From NCBI GenBank assembly GCA_963693365.1, contig CAVNZM010000022.1, positions 1-64,000 of the forward strand: a DNA stretch of 64,000 nucleotides. Reading direction: 5' to 3'. Every line of letters begins with the position of its first letter. Position 1 is the stretch's first letter. The notes below the pieces were generated by a model. That model worked only from the letters and a program-made list of their open reading frames with translations. It had not been told where the DNA came from and ran no database searches. This stretch comes from Amoebidium appalachense. Lineage: Eukaryota > Protista > Ichthyosporea. Both the position numbers and the translations under genes were made by a program. Of the stretch, positions 32,417 to 42,723 are shown piece after piece.

Positions 32417-35400
32417 TCACTCGCTCTCGTTTGCAGAACCGTCGCCACCACACTGTTCGTGGGGAGGGCTGCGGGAGTTAAGATGCCACTTCCCGTCCCG
32501 CTTGACGATGACTGGCTCCCCTCCGGTCAAGTGGTAGCGCCAAGTGTGCCCACGCCCACCAACAGGGACGCGGTAATGTGCCAGGTGGTGTGGCTGGGTG
32601 ATAACCGCGCCTTCGCGCGCCACGCCGCGCACGTCGCCCCTGCCGTGGATGAACGCCGCGGCCAGCATGTGCAGCGTCAAGTCGTTCTCCCCGGATTTCG
32701 GCACGTATTCGATCCATGGCTGGTACGCCTGCATCCACTTCTTGCCGCGCGCCGCCTGTTTGCGCCACTGGAACGTCGACATGTCCACGCCCTCTTCCAG
32801 CAGCAACGACATGGCGACAAAGTCGTCCCTGAGAAGACATTGGAAAATGCGAGCGATCTCGGGACTGGGCGCCGCGCCCGCGGCGGCGCCTGCAGCCCCG
32901 CGGCGTGCACGCTTGGCCCGCCCCGGTTGCGGCCCGACCTCGGCCGCGGCCGGGGCTGGAACTTCGTGGTCCTCCGCTGCAGCACCCCGGCGCGCGCGCG
33001 TTGCCCTTCTTGGCCGCGACCCGACCCCGTCCTCCGCGGCACGCCCGCCCTTGCGCCTACGGGCCTGCTGCCCCGCGGACCCCACGGTCTTGCGGTAGCA
33101 GTCGACGATGGCGTCGCGCAGCACCGTCGGCACCGTGAACACGCCGTCCACAAGCGGCACACCGAGTGTGGCCAAGAGCGCCTCCTGGGCCTCGAGTGTG
33201 GCCGCGACCTCCATCTTGTATTCGCCGTCGTTGCACACGCGCAGGCGCCGAGCAAGGTCGTCCGGTGTGGCGGTCCATGGACGCGCGGCCTCGTCGTTCG
33301 CACCCGCGTCCACATACTGTGCGAGCGTCCCTGTGGCATCCGCGGCCTCATCCAGGGACACGAACTCAAACCCCACGACCAGGTGGCGAAGTGCGGGCAG
33401 CTTTTCCTTGATCGTCACCACGCTGGCCGTGGGCGCGCCGTTCTTGCCCGTCGGCCGCGCGAAATAGTTCTCGGCGCGGTAGTGCCACGCTTCGCTTGGC
33501 TCGATGACCAGGCGCACGACCACCGTGGCGAGCAGTTTAGCCAGCGTCTTTGTGGGCGGCGGAGGCGGGGGGAGGGCGCGTGCGTCGCTGAGGTCCATGG
33601 ACCGCACGTCGTCCTTCGTGACAAGCGGTCTGTCTGGGCGGATCCTCTTGACCATGTCGTAGCCAGGAAGGTCCTCACCGTACTCAACGCGCAGGGCACC
33701 ATAGGCTCTCTTGAACGTTCTCTTCTGGAGTTCTGGTCGCGACACGCAGATATCCCCCCGGTGCATCCTGTCATTGCCGTCGACCGCCTCGAGCTGCCGA
33801 CACACCGCCCCCAGACATTCGAAGTACACGGGATCGTCCGCAAGCGCTTGGCGAACGAGTTCCTCGAAGCCAACAGCCCTATCGTACAGCCTGGTGGCTT
33901 CGCCCACACGTGCCATCACCAACAGCGCGAGCTCGTGGAGCGCATGCACCGTCTCGGGCGCATAGAGTATGGGGGCTTGGGTGACCGCGGATGGGTCGGG
34001 GGCAATGGAGCACAGCCGTCCACATATCTGCGAGGCCGCTTCGAGGTGGATCGTCCTCGAGGTGGATCCCGATCCCGACCGCATCCCTGCCAAGCAAGTG
34101 AAGCCAGCATACATGCGCGTCAGCAGGCCGCGGTGCATGTTGCGCCCGCACTTGTGGGTGGGCTTGAACGTGACCCCGCATCGGGCCATGTCACCCGCTA
34201 TGATGGCCACCTTGAACGGGCGGCCCATTTCGTCGGACCAACGCCAGAGGGCATCGAGCGGCATCCCGATGATCAGGAGGGGCTTGTGTTTGATAGTGAA
34301 CGTGTAGGCCTCTCCGGTTTTGCTGTCCGAATCGTCATCGTCGCCACCGATGATCTTACGCTCCACATACGCCCTTGCATCGTCGTCGACGCTGACACTC
34401 TCCAGCACGGCGTTCGCGGCCTCCACCAGCCACTTGTACAGGTCCACGTGTGCCCTGATTTGCAGCTTGTTGTAGCGCCACAACACAACCACGAGGCCGT
34501 CGTCGACGAAGCCGGCGATGTGCCTGAAGATGGGCTCCTGCGTGGTAAGGACCTTGGTCTTGTCGGTCATGACCAGCAGTTGCTCGCACCATGTGTCGGA
34601 CTCGAGCATATCGGCAATGGCCATGTTGATGCCTTCCTCGTCAACGCGCTCGGCGGTGACGCGCTCCTTGAGCATCGCGTCCAGGCGCCCCACAACGGCC
34701 GCCAGGTACGGAATGGTCGCCTTTGCCTTAGCCGTGATTCGCCCACGTGGGTACCCCCCCTGCTCCAACACCTCGTTGACCGTCAGGTTATCATTCAGGC
34801 CAGAGACGACGACGTCGTAGAAAAGGGACTTGGCGACTGGCGCGTTGCTGAGTCGCTCAGGCGTGAACCGACGCTCGATCTCGTAGTGTGGCCGGTACAC
34901 ATGCCCCGGCGCCGCGTAGCCTATGTAGGTGTCCGGCACGGGCATGTCAACGATTCGCAGGGGGAACGGGCAGCTGAGCATGGCAACAGGCGTGGCCGTC
35001 ACGCCCACGCACTTGAACGCGGCCCCCGCGAAGCTCTTGAAGTCTTGCTGGGGGAGGTCCCAAAACTCTCGAGCACTGTCCCACACGCGGGCAAGCGTCG
35101 GGTTAAAATAATAAAAGAGATTCTCCCAGGCGTTCGTGTCGCCGTGGCGTCCGGTGACCGTCTCGTGGATTTCGTCCAGGATCAAAGTAGCCCGAAACCG
35201 CCAACCCCCAAGAGAATCACGCTTGAAGCCGATCCGATTGGTCGCCGCCCCCAAATACCTCACAAAGTTGGGCACCTGTGTGTCGTTTGACAGCAGTATG
35301 CGTGCCTCGTTCAGTACCCCCCGCACCTCGTTTGGTCGGTACTTCGGGGAGGGGGGCGTGGAGCCGATGTAGAACCGCCCGGTATATGCCTCGATCGCTT

Positions 35401-35920
35401 CCACAACCCCCTCCGCGTTAACGCGGAACCATTCGGTGGGCAGGCCCCAGTCTTCGCGATGCTCGACAAGCAGCCGGGCGATGACCGTGTTGAAGGACTT
35501 TGAGAAACTCGCCTGGAACGTGGGCCCGGCAGCCACGCCCCCACGGGTCTTGATGAGAACGGCGGGGATGCACCCGTCAATGAAGTACGAGACCCAGCAC
35601 AGGAGGCAGATCTCGTACGTTTTGCCCACCTGGCACTTGCCGGACAGGATCGTGAACAGGGGGTCGTAAGGTTTCGCGTTGGGCAGCGGGGTGTTGCGGA
35701 TTTGCGAAACCACCGACTTGACCGCGTAAACGGGTTCGACGCCGCTCCTCCGGATGGTGTAGTCGTGGTCCAGAAGCGCAATACACAGGCGCGCCAAAGC
35801 GGGTATATCCTCCTGCGTGAGGCCGCAGAATTGGTGCAGGGTCCGGTCGATCCTGCGCCCCACCAGGCGCTCCCAGTCCCGTTCGACATCCCGAGGAACA
35901 ACGTTTCCGGGGTGGCTCAT
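32417..35920 (-). CDS. Z1-like superfamily-2 helicase/ATPase with C-terminal extension
   Basis: ILSGKCQVGKT, LILDEIHE, VGVTATPVAML, PDTYIG, VAIIAGDMARCGVTF and SQICGRLC follow the motif order of Z1-domain SF2 ATPases. Confidence 0.65.
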   Translation of the reverse strand: MSHPGNVVPRDVERDWERLVGRRIDRTLHQFCGLTQEDIPALARLCIALLDHDYTIRRSGVEPVYAVKSVVSQIRNTPLPNAKPYDPLFTILSGKCQVGKTYEICLLCWVSYFIDGCIPAVLIKTRGGVAAGPTFQASFSKSFNTVIARLLVEHREDWGLPTEWFRVNAEGVVEAIEAYTGRFYIGSTPPSPKYRPNEVRGVLNEARILLSNDTQVPNFVRYLGAATNRIGFKRDSLGGWRFRATLILDEIHETVTGRHGDTNAWENLFYYFNPTLARVWDSAREFWDLPQQDFKSFAGAAFKCVGVTATPVAMLSCPFPLRIVDMPVPDTYIGYAAPGHVYRPHYEIERRFTPERLSNAPVAKSLFYDVVVSGLNDNLTVNEVLEQGGYPRGRITAKAKATIPYLAAVVGRLDAMLKERVTAERVDEEGINMAIADMLESDTWCEQLLVMTDKTKVLTTQEPIFRHIAGFVDDGLVVVLWRYNKLQIRAHVDLYKWLVEAANAVLESVSVDDDARAYVERKIIGGDDDDSDSKTGEAYTFTIKHKPLLIIGMPLDALWRWSDEMGRPFKVAIIAGDMARCGVTFKPTHKCGRNMHRGLLTRMYAGFTCLAGMRSGSGSTSRTIHLEAASQICGRLCSIAPDPSAVTQAPILYAPETVHALHELALLVMARVGEATRLYDRAVGFEELVRQALADDPVYFECLGAVCRQLEAVDGNDRMHRGDICVSRPELQKRTFKRAYGALRVEYGEDLPGYDMVKRIRPDRPLVTKDDVRSMDLSDARALPPPPPPTKTLAKLLATVVVRLVIEPSEAWHYRAENYFARPTGKNGAPTASVVTIKEKLPALRHLVVGFEFVSLDEAADATGTLAQYVDAGANDEAARPWTATPDDLARRLRVCNDGEYKMEVAATLEAQEALLATLGVPLVDGVFTVPTVLRDAIVDCYRKTVGSAGQQARRRKGGRAAEDGVGSRPRRATRARRGAAAEDHEVPAPAAAEVGPQPGRAKRARRGAAGAAAGAAPSPEIARIFQCLLRDDFVAMSLLLEEGVDMSTFQWRKQAARGKKWMQAYQPWIEYVPKSGENDLTLHMLAAAFIHGRGDVRGVAREGAVITQPHHLAHYRVPVGGRGHTWRYHLTGGEPVIVKRDGKWHLNSRSPPHEQCGGDGSANESE

Positions 35921-36039
35921 TGTGGATCATGGATGGACAGACTGCTCGCTACTGGCTGCTTGTCAACGTTGTCGGGCTGAATACATGACTGTGAGCCGCG
36001 GTGACGCAATCAAACCCCACCCGACTGGACCACGATGAC

Positions 36040-36142
36040 GCAATGGCCACAAAATTGAACAAAACGAGCCAATGGTGTTAGAATGATCATATGAGCCAAT
36101 GAGCCAAGGAGCCAATGAGCCAATGAGCCAATGGTGTTAGAA
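36040..36142. promoter_or_regulatory. CCAAT-box cluster in a bidirectional promoter
   Basis: GAGCCAA(T/G) repeated about 6 times; GAGCCAATGGTGTTAGAA present twice. Confidence 0.6.
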
Positions 36143-36306
36143 GGATCACAATGCGACGAATCACATTCAACCCTAACACTGAACTTTCAAAAGAAGGCAT
36201 GTGATTGGACTGGGCTGGCTGGTTCATGTGATCATGCAACGGCTGAAGACCGGAACGCTTCTAGAGCCTTTATTTTGTCTTGCATGAGATTTGTGGCGTG
36301 TGTAGG

Positions 36307-37791
36307 ATGGACCAGCTTAGAGAAGCGATACCCCAACTCCCCAAACCGACACCCTTCGCCATCCGCCACCCCCCGAATTCAAGGCACGATGCCGTTGTCT
36401 ATGCCCTAGACGATGACTGTCGGCTTCAGCAGGACCATGTCTGCGCGCGGCTGCTGGACGTCGCAAGAGATGGCGACCTCCGCACCTTCCACACAAAAGA
36501 ACGCTTTATGAGAAGGGAATTTGCCATGGCAGTGGAGACGGATGCTCTACGCGAACTGCACCCGACGGGCCACCCACTTGTATGCTCCTACGACACATTC
36601 CCGTACTATACCGTCTTTCGGCGCCACGTGTTGGGGAAGCGGGACGACGACGCCTATTACAACCCCAATCTCAAAGTTAGTACAGGGGCGTACCAATTCT
36701 TTACATTGACTATGTGCGTGCTGTGCAGATCGTCCGGCCTCACCCGCCGTCCCCGTACCTTCTTGGATCAACAGACGGATATGGCGAGAGCCTTGAGGCA
36801 GTTTGCGCGCTTTCTTCCGACACCTGACGTGTTGCAAATGGAGTTGCACGAACGGGTTGTCAGGCACTTTGTGGACAAGTTGCCGTCGTCGCCCGCGTGT
36901 CTTGCGTGCCGCAAGACCGCTTGCACAAACCTGTGCGGCCGCTGCAGGCGGGTGTACTTCTGCAACAGTGACTGTCTGCGCGCGGCGTGGCCCGAGCACA
37001 AGAAGGACTGTATCGAGCATGCCCCCGTGGGGTCAGAGCACGACGCCATCGTCTATGCCATGAGCTTCGACGATCGGCTCCACCCATTTCATGTCCCCGT
37101 CCTGATGCTGGACGTTGCAAGAGACGGCGACCTCTGCACCTTCGGCACAAAAGAGCGCTTCTGGAGACTGGATTCGGTCGTGGCCAACGAGATCGAAGTC
37201 ATATGTAAACGGTTGCGGTCCTTGGACGGCCGTGAGGTCACGACGGCCGACCGCACCAAGGTCCTGTTCTATCGAACATTCAGGTACTCTTCCGTCTTCC
37301 AGTGCTACATGCTTGGGGCGAATGGCCATATGGGAAGCCACACAGTTTTCAGAATGGCGGCGCGCATACTATGCGTGTCTTCCGGCCTTCCCTGTCGCCC
37401 CCCTGCCGACGTGGTTCGCCGCATGAGTGAGTGTGCCTCGGAGCTGTCTGTGCACTACGAGCCGGACCCCGTGCAAGTGCTGCAACATGACTGGTGCGAA
37501 CGCGCGACCAAGCACTTCGTCGACAAACTGCCGTCGTCCGCCTGCCAAACGTGCGGCGCGACCACCCGCACAAAGCGGTGTATGTGCTGCAAGGGGGCCT
37601 ACTACTGCAACACGGAGTGTCAACGCAGGGCGTGGGCCGAGCACAAGAAGACCTGTGCGGCGTGCCGCTGGTGCGGCCGGGCCGTGCGCACCAAGCGGTG
37701 CAGCCACTGCCCCAACGCGTACTTCTGCAACGACGAGTGCATGCGCAAGGCGTGGCCCGTGCACCAGAAGCAGTGTAAACGCAAGAAGTGA
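36307..37791 (+). CDS. MYND zinc-finger protein with internal domain duplication (3 MYND fingers)
   Basis: C..C...C..C...YFC...C....W..HK..C three times; the HDA.VYA...LDVARDGDL.TF.TKERF block occurs twice. Confidence 0.88.
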   Translation: MDQLREAIPQLPKPTPFAIRHPPNSRHDAVVYALDDDCRLQQDHVCARLLDVARDGDLRTFHTKERFMRREFAMAVETDALRELHPTGHPLVCSYDTFPYYTVFRRHVLGKRDDDAYYNPNLKVSTGAYQFFTLTMCVLCRSSGLTRRPRTFLDQQTDMARALRQFARFLPTPDVLQMELHERVVRHFVDKLPSSPACLACRKTACTNLCGRCRRVYFCNSDCLRAAWPEHKKDCIEHAPVGSEHDAIVYAMSFDDRLHPFHVPVLMLDVARDGDLCTFGTKERFWRLDSVVANEIEVICKRLRSLDGREVTTADRTKVLFYRTFRYSSVFQCYMLGANGHMGSHTVFRMAARILCVSSGLPCRPPADVVRRMSECASELSVHYEPDPVQVLQHDWCERATKHFVDKLPSSACQTCGATTRTKRCMCCKGAYYCNTECQRRAWAEHKKTCAACRWCGRAVRTKRCSHCPNAYFCNDECMRKAWPVHQKQCKRKK

Positions 37792-38025
37792 CACGGTGGG
37801 CCGCGCAGGTCGCGCAGGGCCGAATGTGTTTTGGTAGCGCAGGTGGTTTGGTATTGGGGTATTGTGGGGTGGCGCGCTCAGTGTCTGGGTCGTTGAATTT
37901 TTCAACCCATGCCCAGTGGGTTCGTTTTATTCGTCATATGATCAGTTTGCTAGGTTGTAAAGGCCACAACAATAAAGCTGTATCTGTTTACATTTATCTG
38001 CTATATACCACCCCACTGTATCTGT

Positions 38026-39786
38026 TCACCATCTGTAATCAGGGAGCATGAAGTCCTCTGCCCTACTGGTGACATAGTGGTAGAGGTCCCTGTTAGGGAA
38101 AATTTCCTCCCACGTGTTGGTCTCCGCTATATAACACAACCAGCGATCGTATGGAACATCACGCACTTGCACAAGGTTATCCCTGATTGCATCCTCGAGG
38201 GCTGTCTGACATGACAGTATCGGGTACCAACGCCCGCTATCGCAAACTTGGGCGACCTGAAGAGCGCACCACAGCCTGTCCGCGCTGGCAGACACGTCGG
38301 GGTTGCCCGTGGTCTTGTTGATACCGATATAGCTATTGCGCTGTTGCTGCCAATCATCAGAGGGGAATTTTATCCAATACTCCATGATGGCTACCTGCCA
38401 AGGGCAGTCGGCGTGGTCGGCGTTAAGCATGCATTGGTCATATCCGCTCGGCGGGTGAAGGACGGTTGCGCGCTTGCTCTCGATGTTGTACGCATACAAC
38501 CCCTCGTCAACGAATGGCAGATCTTCGCCTTGGCCCGCCGCTTGTGCGGCTTTGAGCTCTTCGTACTCGACAGCCGTCCTGATTTTGTTCACAAACTCCG
38601 TCGAATCGAGCGGAAGCACCATGACGGGTTTTTTGTTCATAACGTCCACAAGCATACGCCACGACACCCCAAGTTTCATACCAACCCCCGCGCAAATGAC
38701 ACGTTCGGTGGGCCATTCGATGTCAGCATCGACCCGGTCCAAAGGGACGAAACTGCCTTCACTCCGCCCTTCTTGTAGCTCGTAGGCAAGATATCGCCTG
38801 GACCACTCACGTATGTTTTTGCGCTCGGCCATTCCACCCACCCTATAATTCCCCTTGACCTCTTCGGTAAAATCCGAAAGCTTTCTATCCCAATCCAGCT
38901 CTTTTTTAATGATGTCTATGTAGTCGTACAGATGGGCTTGTCTGATGGGTGGAGGCGTATCTGCCGGGTTTGTGGCTGCTTGAGCTAAAATGTTGGCCTT
39001 TTGGGTGCCTATCCTCAGAATGATATCCGAATGAACGACATCGGCGTCGTGGTCGGCGTCGTGGCCGGCGTCGTGGCCCCTCCAGCGGGAATAATGGTCC
39101 ATCAATCGCAGCAGCATGCACGTGTTAAACGTCTGCAACGTAAACGCAGAGCTGTCTAACTTGACAACCCCGTTGGACGCGCGCAACCACGCAGTGCACG
39201 GCGGGTAATGTCGCAGGTTGCCGTCGCCGATGCAACCATGAGTGGGGTATGTCTCTATGATCTTTCTGATTGCATCTTCGGGTAGAAGACCCCACCAGTC
39301 CCAGAACCTGCTGGATTGGAATTCAGGGTTATTCTCCACCGCGTAATCGACCATCTCCAGCGAGGAGGTTGCTGAGTACATCTCGGAAAAACTCTCGCTC
39401 GTCCTTTGGACCAACTCGGACATGTTCGGTGCAATCTCTGCAGCTGTGGTCTGCATCACCGTCTTAGTTGCGAGGCAACAGCGACCTTCGGGGTTGTACA
39501 CGGCCAGCTTGTCATAGCATCGGAGGTACACAGCGGTGCACGCGCGGTATTTTGCTTTCAGCTCGGTCTGGAACTGTACTAGATTCACCGGGGTGTCTAC
39601 CTCGAATACAGTGAAAGGGCGCAACGTTTCCACTAGAGTAACTTGTTCCGGGGTATTAACCGTGGCAAGCCCATTGGTGTTTGCAAGAAAAAAAGCCGCA
39701 ACATCTTCCCCTACAGGACCCAAAAAGAGCGGCGTCCTCGCTGGAACTATCCGCACACGCACTGGAGTCGAGGGTGCGAGCCCCAT
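38026..39786 (-). CDS. Hypothetical protein (about 586 aa)
   Basis: Long ORF with TATA (TTATAA) and CCAAT elements upstream; no family recognised. Confidence 0.7.
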   Translation of the reverse strand: MGLAPSTPVRVRIVPARTPLFLGPVGEDVAAFFLANTNGLATVNTPEQVTLVETLRPFTVFEVDTPVNLVQFQTELKAKYRACTAVYLRCYDKLAVYNPEGRCCLATKTVMQTTAAEIAPNMSELVQRTSESFSEMYSATSSLEMVDYAVENNPEFQSSRFWDWWGLLPEDAIRKIIETYPTHGCIGDGNLRHYPPCTAWLRASNGVVKLDSSAFTLQTFNTCMLLRLMDHYSRWRGHDAGHDADHDADVVHSDIILRIGTQKANILAQAATNPADTPPPIRQAHLYDYIDIIKKELDWDRKLSDFTEEVKGNYRVGGMAERKNIREWSRRYLAYELQEGRSEGSFVPLDRVDADIEWPTERVICAGVGMKLGVSWRMLVDVMNKKPVMVLPLDSTEFVNKIRTAVEYEELKAAQAAGQGEDLPFVDEGLYAYNIESKRATVLHPPSGYDQCMLNADHADCPWQVAIMEYWIKFPSDDWQQQRNSYIGINKTTGNPDVSASADRLWCALQVAQVCDSGRWYPILSCQTALEDAIRDNLVQVRDVPYDRWLCYIAETNTWEEIFPNRDLYHYVTSRAEDFMLPDYRW

Positions 39787-40423
39787 TGTCAACAGAGAGA
39801 TAATGAATGTCTTCTACCCCGCGTGCTTATAAACCTGTAGTTAGTCCTATAGTAAACCTTCTCCTATGTGCTATGAGCAGTGGACTGTGTTGCATCAGAC
39901 GATTCCGATTCTGATTTCATATTGTGTAACGCGATATTGCGCTCGCGAATCAGAAGCCGCCAAACTATTCACTGCCCTGCTGCGCGATTGGCTGCAGGTG
40001 CCTAAACAGCATTCCAACACGATGTTGCGTTCGCGAAGCAGATTCCGCCTATTATCCGATACCCTACTGGGCGATTGGCTGTAGCTGTCATTTTGTCATG
40101 CAATCGATGTTGCCAGGAAAATACATTGGCCGTCATCTATTGGATACGACAGGGACCAATTGGTACTTTACAATTTCTTTTGTTATGGGGGTTTTTTTTT
40201 TTTTTTTTTTTTTTTCTTTGTTTTTTTTTTTTTTTTTTTTTTTTTTGGTACAACTTGAGGAAAAGATGGGGACTCTGTGTCCCCAAGTCGTCAATGGACT
40301 GGCAAATTTACCCCCGTTTCTCCCTTCCCCACCCTCTTCTTTTTTTTTCTTTTCCCGGCCCTTTTTTTTTTCTTTTTTTTTTTTTTTTTTTTTGCGCCGG
40401 GGTTTTTCCCAAAACCCCCCCGG

Positions 40424-40677
40424 GGGCGCCGGACCGCCGGGCCATCGAGGCGTCGGACTCCGCGCTCGCCGACTACGTGACCGTCGGGAAGTTCCTCGTC
40501 GACCGCGGCATCACGGACAGGTCCAGCAGCGCGCTCGGCCGCCAGCTCGCGCGCGCCTGGCGCGACCAGGAGGGCGGCGAGCCCGAGGAGACGCTCAAGA
40601 TGGTGCAGGGCGACATGCGGCCCGTCAAGGTGTACCCCGTGCGCTTCCTGGAGAAGCACGTGCTCGGGTGGCAGTAA
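40424..40677 (+). pseudogene. C-terminal fragment of an antirepressor/KilA-C-like DNA-binding protein; 5' part unreadable
   Basis: LGRQLARAWRDQEGGEP...VQGDMRPVKVYP; upstream 40190-40420 is poly-T noise. Confidence 0.45.
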
Positions 40678-40740
40678 ACGGCCGCGCGCGCCTCGCGGGT
40701 ACATAAGCAGCACCGCGTTTATTTTCTATCCATTCACACA

Positions 40741-41172
40741 ATGGATCTTCCATGCAACACCACACCCCGGAAAGTCTTTGCGTGCCCCGACTGCGAGCGA
40801 ACGTTCACGATCAAGGCGAACATGAAAAGACATCACGCCGCGTTGCACTCGGGCAGTCGCCCCTACGGCTGCACCCAGCAGGGCTGCTTTGCCACGTTTG
40901 CGCGCAGCGACCACCTGAAGGTGCACGTCAGGATGCACACCGGCGAGCGACCCTTCATGTGCGATTTTTGCAATGCCGACTTCCCGTCCCCCTCTGCGCT
41001 ATGGATGCACCGGCGCGGCGTCCATACCGAGAATAAGACATCCGTGCGGCGGGTGCGTGGTGCCCTGCGGTGCCCATCTGAGGGGTGCGAGTGTACGTTT
41101 ACCCGGTCGCCCGCGCTCAACTACCATGTGCTGAACGCACACCCCGAGCTGGTTGCCGGTCCAGCCGCATAA
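40741..41172 (+). CDS. C2H2 zinc-finger transcription factor (4 fingers)
   Basis: CPDC..H..H, CTQQGC..RSDHLKVHVRMH, TGERPF linker, CDFC, CPSEGC. Confidence 0.9.
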   Translation: MDLPCNTTPRKVFACPDCERTFTIKANMKRHHAALHSGSRPYGCTQQGCFATFARSDHLKVHVRMHTGERPFMCDFCNADFPSPSALWMHRRGVHTENKTSVRRVRGALRCPSEGCECTFTRSPALNYHVLNAHPELVAGPAA

Positions 41173-41234
41173 AAACAGGCGGACCCGACACAAGGCCCGT
41201 CAGATATTATCTATCCTCAAGTGTATCGGACAGC

Positions 41235-42723
41235 ATGGAAGACCTCTACATGAAGATCGCATCGGACATGTCCGTGAATGAGCAGCGCAAATTGGCGACG
41301 TACGAGGAGTTTGGAGCGGACAACAGGCACGCGCAACAACTGGTTGGACGCGGACATTGTCGAGCAGTACGAATGGACCGAGGAGCAGATCCACGCGTTC
41401 TGTCGCACCCTTGTGGCGTATTCCCGCCCGGACGGCGTGTACCTGTTCAAGCGGTTCAAGGATGGGAGATTTGTCCACGAGATCAAGTCCAAGGAGAAGG
41501 TGGCTGACATGCTGTCCAAGTACAAGTTCAGGTACAACCCGACCGGCAAGAAGGTGGAGACATACAAGGGCTCGTGGCACTTGGACAGCAGCCAGATGGT
41601 CGTGTACCACGGTGGCATCGTCTTCGACCCCAGCGACCCCGACCCCAAGACGCGTGTCCGCAACCCGCGCTACACGTCGACCCACAGCCGCACGTTCAAC
41701 AGCTTCCAGGGATTCCAGTTTACGTACGACCCATCCTTTGTCATCGACGAGAGTCTCCTCGCGGGCTTCGTCGGTCACGCGAGAGACGTCATCTGTGCGG
41801 GGGACGAGTCTCTGTACCACTACGTGCTCGAGTGGCTGGGGCACCTGTTCCAGTACCCCGCACGCAAGCCCGAGAGCGCCTGGCTGATGCGGAGCATCGA
41901 GGGGACCGGCAAGAACATGTTTGTGAAAATCATACAGAACGTGCTGGGTGACGACCTTGTTGGTGTGGTGGAGACGGAAGATCGCCTCGCGTCCCGCTTC
42001 AACGTAGGTATCACGTTCAAACTGTTAGTGGTGTGCAACGAGGTCACATACGGGAAAAGCCACCGTACACCCAACCACCTGAAGACCCTCATCACCGACG
42101 ACACCATGACCTACGAGGCCAAGGGCATTGACGCAGTCAAGGTCCGTTCGTGCGAGCGTTGGATCCTGATGTCCAACGAACAGCATCCCGTCCCGGTCAG
42201 TCGCACGGACAGGCGCTATGCGTGCATGGAGGTGTCCGACACTCGCGTCGGTGACGAGAGGTACTTCAGGGCCCTGTCGCAGCAGTACGCGGCCGGATCT
42301 CCTGCGCTCGAGCACCTCTACCAGTGGTTCATGAGGATCCCCGTGTCCGACCCCAACCGTGTCCCACCCCCCATGACCACCCTCAAGCGGCAGCTCCAGG
42401 ACCTCAGCGGGCCGATGGAGCTGCAGTTCCTGCGTGACCTGCTGAAGCGCGAGAACGGGTTTGAGGATGCGCCCGCATTTGAGGACGGTGCGAGGGTTAC
42501 TCCTGCTGCCCTCTTCCAACTCTACCAGTCCTGGTGGGAACACAACACACCCGACAAGTCCAAGCGGCCAACCCAGCGCGACTTTGGGATTGCAGTTACG
42601 GCCATCCTGGGCAAAATTAAGAGCACCCGCGTCAACACAATAGCCTACGGCGCTGAAGGTTGTGAGGCCGCTTCAGGCTTTACACGCTGCTATGGTCTCG
42701 ATCGCAAACTTATCGGAGTGTAG
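41235..42723 (+). CDS. D5-like SF3 helicase copy 3, with a frameshift near 41320-41340
   Basis: RSIEGTGKN, FNVGITFKLLVVCNEV, TDRRY; the ATG at 41235 is in a different frame from the main ORF. Confidence 0.85.

Noticed and set aside
32459-35290. 943-aa plus-strand ORF and many similar long overlapping ORFs
   Set aside because: Antisense shadows of GC3-rich genes, with no motifs of their own.
40190-40420. Poly-Phe 'membrane protein' ORFs
   Set aside because: Poly-T noise typical of a low-quality consensus or gap fill.
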